A stretch of 64,000 bases of DNA from a virus (taxonomy: Duplodnaviria; Caudoviricetes): IMG/VR virus record IMGVR_UViG_3300045771_000049, positions 88,148 to 152,147 of that record, one strand, 5' to 3'. The position numbers and the translations under genes were made by a program. Under the pieces are notes generated by a model. It did no database searches. It worked only from the letters and a program-made list of their open reading frames with translations, and had not been told where the DNA came from. Positions 1 through 6,926 of the stretch are shown here, in pieces. How positions within the stretch are numbered: position 1 is the stretch's first letter; each line of letters starts with the position of its first letter.

Positions 1-19
1 CAAGCAAGGTTAGTCGTCC

Positions 20-319
20 ATGAGTGATGTTCCCAACTATACCCATTATCTTCGTCTTGCCTTCACCGGATACTGGACCGACAGTTGTCCCTCGGCCGAG
101 AAGTTCTACGTTTTGGGCAAAGCCCTCAACGTTACTCTGACCGATGTCTACGAACTAGAGTCTGAAGTGCTTGGCATGATGACAGAATGGTACGGCGACC
201 GCATCACCGAGGTCACCTATATCGGCCATATCAATGTCAGGTTGTCCGACACTGATGTGATCGACGAGGGTTGGTATGTGTTTGACCCAGAATCCATCCA
301 GCCGCTGCCGGTGGGCTGA
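20..319 (+). CDS. hypothetical protein
   Basis: 99-aa ORF with ATG and an AAGG upstream; no recognised motif. Confidence 0.6.
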   Translation: MSDVPNYTHYLRLAFTGYWTDSCPSAEKFYVLGKALNVTLTDVYELESEVLGMMTEWYGDRITEVTYIGHINVRLSDTDVIDEGWYVFDPESIQPLPVG

Positions 320-321
320 GC

Positions 322-490
322 GTGGCGAAGAAAAACCACAGTTCAGATTAAGCTGATCTCGACCGCTGATACCGGATACTTCTACGTCACTACCAAGAAC
401 TCTCGCAGCAAAGCGAACAAATTGGTGCTGCGCAAGTATGACCCGGTGGTCCGTAGACATGTCGATTTCAAGGAAACCAAAATCAAATGA
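322..490 (+). CDS. rpmG: 50S ribosomal protein L33 (zinc-free type), with one extra A after codon 3 (frameshift, pseudogene or sequencing error)
   Basis: Frame 335-490 reads [51 protein letters not shown], the alphaproteobacterial L33 signature. GTG GCG AAG at 322 is one base out of frame across the A5 run at 331-335; removing one A gives a 55-aa MAKKTTVQIK... protein. Confidence 0.88.
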
Positions 491-507
491 TGAACGTGAA
501 CTAAAGC

Positions 508-593
508 TGGTGGGGGCTGAGGGGGTCGAACCCTCACTTCCTAACGGAAACCTGATCTTAAATCAAGCGCGTATGCCTTTTCGCCAAACCCCC
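508..593 (-). tRNA. tRNA-Leu(TAA)
   Basis: Acceptor GGGGGTT/AGCCCCC-A-CCA, anticodon arm CTTGA-TT-TAA-GA-TCAGG, long variable arm, GGTTCGA T-loop. Confidence 0.95.
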
Positions 594-613
594 TTTGAGG
601 CTTCCAGATTGGA

Positions 614-701
614 TGGTGTGGGCGAGAGGAATTGAACCTCCACGATCCTCTCGGACCAACAGGGTTTGAGCCTGTCGCGGCTGCCGTTACGCCACGCCCA
701 C
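614..701 (-). tRNA. tRNA-Leu(CAA)
   Basis: Acceptor GTGGGCG/CGCCCAC-A-CCA, anticodon arm ACAGG-CT-CAA-AC-CCTGT, long variable arm, GGTTCAA T-loop. Confidence 0.95.
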
Positions 702-703
702 AC

Positions 704-739
704 AAAGAAAAACCCCCTTACCGATCTGGCAAGGGGGTT
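704..739 (-). terminator. intrinsic terminator/attenuator directly upstream of the tRNA-Leu pair
   Basis: Minus strand AACCCCCTTGCC-AGATC-GGTAAGGGGGTT followed by TTTCTTT. Confidence 0.8.
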
Positions 740-768
740 CGCCCGTCGCGTGGGATCGGTGATGGGGG

Positions 769-801
769 TCAGGTTAAGCGTAAGGTGCGATGCGGGTGCA
801 T
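769..801 (-). CDS. putative attenuation leader peptide MHPHRTLRLT (two TTA codons)
   Basis: ATG CAC CCG CAT CGC ACC TTA CGC TTA ACC TGA, between a CATAAT -10-like box (816-811) and the terminator. Confidence 0.65.
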   Translation of the reverse strand: MHPHRTLRLT

Positions 802-809
802 AATTCCGC

Positions 810-833
810 TATTATGTAGCAAACGCCACCAAA
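810..833. repeat. left copy of 24-bp perfect inverted repeat flanking the MTase gene
   Basis: TATTATGTAGCAAACGCCACCAAA is the exact reverse complement of 1993-2016. Confidence 0.9.
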
Positions 834-1933
834 TCATCCGCTGGAGTAGCCAGATGCCCAAGTCGCTCGCGAGCAATATTAGCATAAACAGGGTTCAATT
901 CGATCAGCGTCGCTCGTCTGTTCAATTCACCAGCAACCAAGCCGGTCGTTCCGGCGCCCCCAAACGGATCAAGCACCAACTCTCCTTCGGGACATCCAGC
1001 AAGAATGCAGCGCCGGGCTAATTCTGGTGGCATCGTGGCAAAATGTGCGCCGTGAAATGGCTTTGGGGCAATAGTCCAGACATTCCGACCGTTGCGTGTT
1101 ACGTTGTTCAGAAATTCTCGGGTATATCCACCTAAAACCTGCTTTGCCTCGGCAGCAAGCTTCATCACTTCGGACGTGTTGTGCCCAAATCCGTCTTGCG
1201 TGATTTGAGACTTACCCACATCGGTAATCCCGCAGGCGCGTAGTGCAGCAAGATGGGCTGATGTTAAACCGCCGCGCTCAGCCAATTCCAACGCCCGTCG
1301 CATTTGCGGCCGATCAATCACGGCAGATGGTTCAGCCAACGAATCGGCATCGTAATAATAGTGCGGACGTTTGGATAATAAATAGACCTTTTCGTGGGCA
1401 CTGGTAGGCCGATCACGTACGGCTTCCGGCATTTGGCTGGTTTTATGCCATATGATTTCGCTTCGTAAAAACCAGCCATCGGATTGAAGCCCAATCGCTA
1501 CACGTGACGGAATCATCATCAGGTCTTTAGGCTTATAGCCGCTCGGTACGGTTTTTTCGCGTCGCTTACCTGTGACGTTGTCGATATACGCCTGTCCAGT
1601 CGAGTGAAATGCATCACTATGCGATGTGCCCTGCTTGCCGTGATGGGTCGCCGCATAACTGTCGCCCAGATTGAGCCAGACCGTGCCATCGTCACGCAAC
1701 ACGCGCCGCACCTCGCGAAACACGTCCACCAGTCTTGCCACGTAGGCGTCAGGTGTCTGTTCCATGCCGATCTGACCGTCAACTTGGTAGTCGCGCAGGC
1801 CAAAATACGGCGGCGAGGTCACACAGGTCTGAAAATGGAACTTAGGTAGTGTTTGCAATATTCCCATGCAGTCTCCGATATGGAGATGGATACTTTGAGA
1901 GTTCTGAAATTGTATAAGGTCATCTAATGGCAT
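812..1933 (-). CDS. DNA N4-cytosine/N6-adenine methyltransferase (beta class)
   Basis: TSPPY catalytic motif near the N-terminus, HFATMP and LDPFGGAGTT SAM-binding motif near the C-terminus. Confidence 0.93.
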   Translation of the reverse strand: MPLDDLIQFQNSQSIHLHIGDCMGILQTLPKFHFQTCVTSPPYFGLRDYQVDGQIGMEQTPDAYVARLVDVFREVRRVLRDDGTVWLNLGDSYAATHHGKQGTSHSDAFHSTGQAYIDNVTGKRREKTVPSGYKPKDLMMIPSRVAIGLQSDGWFLRSEIIWHKTSQMPEAVRDRPTSAHEKVYLLSKRPHYYYDADSLAEPSAVIDRPQMRRALELAERGGLTSAHLAALRACGITDVGKSQITQDGFGHNTSEVMKLAAEAKQVLGGYTREFLNNVTRNGRNVWTIAPKPFHGAHFATMPPELARRCILAGCPEGELVLDPFGGAGTTGLVAGELNRRATLIELNPVYANIARERLGHLATPADDLVAFAT

Positions 1934-1992
1934 TCAACTACTATAAAGGCTCTCTATTCTGTAAGACTATTTATTAATGACTGAATGGGCGG

Positions 1993-2016
1993 TTTGGTGG
2001 CGTTTGCTACATAATA
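1993..2016. repeat. right copy of 24-bp perfect inverted repeat
   Basis: TTTGGTGGCGTTTGCTACATAATA. Confidence 0.9.
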
Positions 2017-2068
2017 CCGCATAATTCTATATATCATCCTCAATCAGGTCTTGGAAGCCGCGACCTCT

Positions 2069-2464
2069 TCACGGTGTGAGAATTGCGGTGCTTCGCGCCG
2101 AGGTGATCACCCCGGCTGTGACCAAGGCGGCCATCCAGGTCGTTACGATCGGACCGCTAATCAAATTGACCATGCCGACCACCGCGCCAAAGGTCATCGC
2201 CTGGGCGATGCTGGCGTTGGTAGTGGCGTAAGTTTCGATGGCGGATTGTTCAGCCGGTGTGAAGCGTGCCCAAAAATTAGCGATGGGAATGACCGTGGGC
2301 GGCGGAGGTGTCGGCATCGGATCAGGCGTATTCGGCACTGCCAGCCATGTTTGATAATCCAGCCAATCCTGCGACGTGATCGGGGCCGGATTGTCGTAGA
2401 TGTAAACATTGTCCGACGTGCGCAGCACGACAATCGAGATAGCCGTTAATTGATAGAGCGCCAT
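2069..2464 (-). CDS. tail fibre assembly/accessory protein
   Basis: Directly downstream of a fibre gene; DWLDYQTWLAxxNTP and RFTPAE motifs typical of fibre-associated small proteins. Confidence 0.65.
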   Translation of the reverse strand: MALYQLTAISIVVLRTSDNVYIYDNPAPITSQDWLDYQTWLAVPNTPDPMPTPPPPTVIPIANFWARFTPAEQSAIETYATTNASIAQAMTFGAVVGMVNLISGPIVTTWMAALVTAGVITSARSTAILTP

Positions 2465-2467
2465 GTG

Positions 2468-4969
2468 CTAGATTCCCAATGTCTGTTCGATCGACCGCAA
2501 CCGCGCATCGATTTCTTTGAAAGCGTTCAGTGCAGCGAAGATCAGCGGTTTTTCATCAAAGCTAAGCTGTCCCGGCAACCGTGTCCGTTTGATATCTTCC
2601 GGCTTGTGCCCGTGGGAGATAGGATCGTCCGTGAAACGAACACATTCCGGCACGAACGGTTGGGCCTGTTGTGCGGTGACACCGTGCCAAACCTTGTCAT
2701 CCTTGGTGGTGCCACCCAGGCCGTTATATTCAAAGCTGACTGGCTCTAATTGAATGATGTCGGCCAAGCCGCGTGTGTAAGGGCGCACGTTGCGTTTGGT
2801 TCGCTCATCCGAAATATTTGACGCAGACATCGTGCCGTAGACGACGAAATGCCCGCCAATGGCCTCGGAGAAATACAACGCCTGAACGGCCGGACTGGTA
2901 ACAAAAAAGGCATAATTGCCGTTGCCCGCAACCCATTGATGCAACCAGTAAGTCTCATAGTTCATACTGCGATTGCCGTAACTATCAATGCCGAGAAAGA
3001 AATTGTTGGCTGCGGCATTGGAATAGAGTATCCCGTTCGCATATAGCTGGGTGCCAATAGTTGCAGTGGTGCCGACGTTGACGCTCTCGCCGACGGACAT
3101 CTGGAGCGGAGTGCTCCATCCGGTCGTAGTACTCTCGGCTTGCAAGGTCAGATTGGTTGCACCATAGCCCATGTAGCCCATACGGGTTCCGCCCGCATTG
3201 AAGAACCCGAAGTACCCCGTATCGACAGTGTTACCGGGGGTAGCCTGGAGGCTTCCCACGCTCGCTGCGGTGACGTTCACATTGGCGAATGTATAGGCTC
3301 CGCCCGTTTGGACAAAACTCTGCGGGTAAATCGTCGAAGCGATAAAGCCAACATCGGTGGCATCAACGGTTACTTTGGCGCCAGTACCAGCCGTTGACCA
3401 TCCGAGATACACCTTATCGGTGGTCTGTCCCGTGCCACCCCCTTGCTGGACCGGCGTGAAGCCCAAGGACGCCTGACGCGAGGTATCCACCGGATGCACA
3501 TGATCGGCGGCGGCAAACGTGGTGCCCGAACCCACGGCAGCGGTGCTGTTGATCAAGGGCAGGGCGGGGCTGATCTGGCCGAGAACAAAAGCTGTGGTGG
3601 CGATCTGCGAACTGGAATTGTTGATGGCGGGAGTGGGCGCAATGGCGGTGCCGGACAGTGCAATACCGTTATTTGCGGTAATCAAGCCAGTTGCCCGGTT
3701 GATCAAAAGAACTGGTGTGTAGAGAAACGTCCCAGCGTCATTGAAGGCATATAATTCTAAGTTTGATCCGGCATTACTACCAGTTTCTGCTGTTGCATCC
3801 GCGAACAGACACCAGCGATTGAGACCGGCTGATTGCCACCAGACTTGGCGATTGTTACCAGTCGCCGCATCGAGAACCAGACTCACCGAGGCGGCAGTAC
3901 TGCTGCCAATCGTGATGGTTCCAGCGGCCAGTAATGCGGCGATTTGGGTTGTGGTCAGGGCCGTGAAAGACAGTGCCGTGATGGTGAGATAGACCAGTGC
4001 TGTCCCGCTCAGGCTCAGCGCTGTTCCGCCGAGCGAGGAGGATGACACAGTGCGGCTCAGCGTTTCGGCGCCAGACGTATAGACACCTGTCCCGACCTCC
4101 CAAGCATTGGCGGTGTCTTGGATGGCATAATACACCGTGGCGCCCGAGGTCAAAGCCCCAGCCGTGACCGCTGCGGCAAAGCTCCGAAAACCCGCGCTTG
4201 CCGCACCAAGCGCAATCGTTCCGGTGCCGGTTGTTGCTGTTGCGACTGATACTCTATCTGCGAACTGAATTACAGGGGTCGGCAACGAATTCGAAAATGG
4301 TGCGGTTGGCGGTGTGAATGCGCCTGCATAACGGGCCACGCCGACCGTAATACGCACTTCATCGATATAGCCGGGGAATGTGCCGTTGTTTGGATGGGTA
4401 ATGCCATAGGTAGTATTGCCGATTACACCGCCTTGATTACTTGAATAAAATGCGCCGACGATAACTTGCGAGCAGAGGACTGCACCATTGACATAGACCC
4501 GAAGGGTGTTGGTTGCGTCGCGATCCGTCGCCACATGATACCAAGCGTTCAACGATGGCGTATAGGCGCCGCTTGGTCCGGCGCCGTCATAACCACCCGT
4601 TGAATATGAGAAACCTATCGACCCGGCGAACCAGCCGAATAGCCAGCCATACTGACCGCCAACATCCCATTGGCTGATAATGGTATCAACACCGGAACCA
4701 GTGAATGAGGTGAAGTTGACCCACGCTTCAACAGTAAACTGACCAGCACCAAGATAAGCATTTGATGCTAGTGATCCAAACTGAACACCCGTGCTGACAG
4801 CTAAACATCCTGTACCAAACTTAGGACTTGCGGTACTGATCGAATCCGTCCCGCTGTCTGGGGCGAACATCACCAAATTATTTGGAGAACTGTCGATAAA
4901 GGTCGTTGATCCGTTTGTGCCATCAAAATGGGCAAGCAGACTCACATTTGAAAAATAGGGATCACCCAT
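2468..4969 (-). CDS. tail fibre with N-terminal LamG/ConA-like domain and C-terminal S74 intramolecular chaperone
   Basis: SLLAHFDG..FTVEAWV..WYHVA..GYIDEVRITVGVARY (LamG-like); Gly/Thr/Ala-rich shaft; SDERTKRNV...IIQLEPVSFEY...GVTAQQ plus terminal coiled coil. Confidence 0.85.
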   Translation of the reverse strand: MGDPYFSNVSLLAHFDGTNGSTTFIDSSPNNLVMFAPDSGTDSISTASPKFGTGCLAVSTGVQFGSLASNAYLGAGQFTVEAWVNFTSFTGSGVDTIISQWDVGGQYGWLFGWFAGSIGFSYSTGGYDGAGPSGAYTPSLNAWYHVATDRDATNTLRVYVNGAVLCSQVIVGAFYSSNQGGVIGNTTYGITHPNNGTFPGYIDEVRITVGVARYAGAFTPPTAPFSNSLPTPVIQFADRVSVATATTGTGTIALGAASAGFRSFAAAVTAGALTSGATVYYAIQDTANAWEVGTGVYTSGAETLSRTVSSSSLGGTALSLSGTALVYLTITALSFTALTTTQIAALLAAGTITIGSSTAASVSLVLDAATGNNRQVWWQSAGLNRWCLFADATAETGSNAGSNLELYAFNDAGTFLYTPVLLINRATGLITANNGIALSGTAIAPTPAINNSSSQIATTAFVLGQISPALPLINSTAAVGSGTTFAAADHVHPVDTSRQASLGFTPVQQGGGTGQTTDKVYLGWSTAGTGAKVTVDATDVGFIASTIYPQSFVQTGGAYTFANVNVTAASVGSLQATPGNTVDTGYFGFFNAGGTRMGYMGYGATNLTLQAESTTTGWSTPLQMSVGESVNVGTTATIGTQLYANGILYSNAAANNFFLGIDSYGNRSMNYETYWLHQWVAGNGNYAFFVTSPAVQALYFSEAIGGHFVVYGTMSASNISDERTKRNVRPYTRGLADIIQLEPVSFEYNGLGGTTKDDKVWHGVTAQQAQPFVPECVRFTDDPISHGHKPEDIKRTRLPGQLSFDEKPLIFAALNAFKEIDARLRSIEQTLGI

Positions 4970-5020
4970 TATATTCTCGTTTACTTCCCGAAGCTATTGA
5001 ATATTTAGCCCATAGATAGT

Positions 5021-6838
5021 TCACCGAAGGTGTTGATCAATCAATGCCTGTTCGATACGTTCCAATCGGGCGTTGATTTCTTTGAATGCATTGACCGAAG
5101 CAAAAATCAACGGCTTTGCATGAAAACTCAATTGGCCGGGCAACCGGCTCGGCGTAAACGGTTTCGCCGGATCGGGGCGCGGATCATGAGTCAGCGCCAC
5201 GCATTCAGGGACGAAGGGTTGCGCCTGTTGGGCGGTCACGCCATGAAACACCCTGCCATCTCGGGTGGTGCCGCCCAGGCCGTTATATTGAAAACTGACC
5301 GGCTTTAGCTGGATAAGGTCAGCCAAACCACGGGTGTAGGATTGCACATTTTCTTTGGTCCGAGCATCCGACACGTTCGCGGCTGTGACCGTTCCAGTCA
5401 CCGTGAAATTGCCCGAACCATCGCAGTAGTATAACGGAGTACCCGCATTATTTGCGTAAATGTAATAGCCATCGCTCGCGCGCCAATAGTGCTTCCAGCC
5501 ACTGGTGCTATAGTTCATAACCCGATTGCCTGAACCATCAATGTTCAGATAAAACGCATTGGCTGAACCACAGGCATAGGTCGCGCCACCGGACACGACA
5601 TTGCCCCCGACGACACAATCGGTTCCAACACTGAGGGTCGTGCCGCAAGCGAAATTGAGATTGGTCGCCCAGCCGATGGTGCCGTTTTCGACTGCCAGAT
5701 TGAGAACGCCAGTAGCGGCACCAAAGCCCGCATACCCCTGCTGGGTTCCGGCCGGATTGTAAAACGCCGCGTAGCCGGTGTTTGATGCCGAACCTGGAAC
5801 CAGTAGAATCGACCCCACACTGGTCGAAGTGACATTGACACTGGCAAAGTTGACAGAGGTGCTGCTTTGGGCGTAATTTTGTGGATAGACGGTCGTAATC
5901 AGGTTCCCAAGGTCGGTCGAATTGACGGTTATTTTCACCCCGGTCAGTGCCGAATTCCATCCCATATAGACTTTGTCAGCGGTCGTCTGCCCGGTTCCGC
6001 CCCCTTGCTGGACGGGCGTAAAGCCGATTACTGCCTGCCGCGAAGTGTCACTGGGATGGCCATGATCGCTCCGGGCGAAGGTTGAGCCAATGCCACTCGT
6101 GGCCGTGCCATTGATCAATGGTAGCGTCGTGCTGGCCTGACCCATAACATAGGCCGTGGAGGCGATCAGGGTGCTGGAATCGTTTAAGGCGGCGGTCGGC
6201 GTCGAGGTCGTACCGATGATCGCGATTCCATTGTTGACCGAGACTAGACCGGTTGAACGGGTGATCGTCAAGGGCGTGTAAAGCGCGGTTCCTGTGTCGC
6301 TCTGATTGCTGATGGACAAATCCGATCCAGCATTGCCGCCGGTTTCCGCAGTGTTGGTGGCATAAATCGCCCACCGATTGAGACCGGTTGTTTGCCAGTA
6401 AATGGCTCGCGTTGTTGCGGATGCTGCATCGAGTACGAGTGCGCTTGTGGCTGAAGTGTTGCTGCCGATAATAGCAACAGGCGCACTCAGCGCTGCTACC
6501 GTCAATGTCGTCAACAGGGCGGGGAGCAAGTTTGCTGTTGCTGTGAGATAGATCGAGGCCGATCCTGTCAAGGTCAGCGCCGTAGTCCCGCCAAGTGAGG
6601 ATGCTGACACAATGCGGGTCAGTGTCTCGGCCCCGAACGTATAGACCCCACTGCCAACTTCCCAGGCATTGCCGCTATCTTCGATGGTGTAATAGACGAT
6701 AGCGCCACTGGCCAGATCACCGGCAGCTAGGGCCAGGGCAAAACTGCGGAAACCCGGAACCGCCATACCAAGAGTGATCGTGCCGGTGCCGGTTGTTGCA
6801 GTTGATACTCGCACCCTATCGACGAATTGGATTGCCAC
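5021..6838 (-). CDS. tail fibre with C-terminal S74 chaperone (paralog of 2468-4969)
   Basis: IQFVDRVRVSTATTGTGTITLG N-terminus; SDARTKENV...LKPVSFQY chaperone; long blocks shared with the neighbour. Confidence 0.85.
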   Translation of the reverse strand: MAIQFVDRVRVSTATTGTGTITLGMAVPGFRSFALALAAGDLASGAIVYYTIEDSGNAWEVGSGVYTFGAETLTRIVSASSLGGTTALTLTGSASIYLTATANLLPALLTTLTVAALSAPVAIIGSNTSATSALVLDAASATTRAIYWQTTGLNRWAIYATNTAETGGNAGSDLSISNQSDTGTALYTPLTITRSTGLVSVNNGIAIIGTTSTPTAALNDSSTLIASTAYVMGQASTTLPLINGTATSGIGSTFARSDHGHPSDTSRQAVIGFTPVQQGGGTGQTTADKVYMGWNSALTGVKITVNSTDLGNLITTVYPQNYAQSSTSVNFASVNVTSTSVGSILLVPGSASNTGYAAFYNPAGTQQGYAGFGAATGVLNLAVENGTIGWATNLNFACGTTLSVGTDCVVGGNVVSGGATYACGSANAFYLNIDGSGNRVMNYSTSGWKHYWRASDGYYIYANNAGTPLYYCDGSGNFTVTGTVTAANVSDARTKENVQSYTRGLADLIQLKPVSFQYNGLGGTTRDGRVFHGVTAQQAQPFVPECVALTHDPRPDPAKPFTPSRLPGQLSFHAKPLIFASVNAFKEINARLERIEQALIDQHLR

Positions 6839-6926
6839 TTTTGGTTGTTCCTCGAACTATCGCATATTTAGCAGCGCGGTAGTTCACAATCCGTCCTGAC
6901 CGTTGTATCGAGCGTGGGTCTCACCG

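Noticed and set aside
438-1021. ORFs 438-635 and 632-1021 on the plus strand
   Set aside because: They are antisense translations of the tRNA-Leu genes and the MTase
2468-6838. Diversity-generating retroelement template/variable repeat pair in the fibre genes
   Set aside because: Shared blocks differ at all base types as in ordinary paralogs, and no reverse transcriptase is in the window
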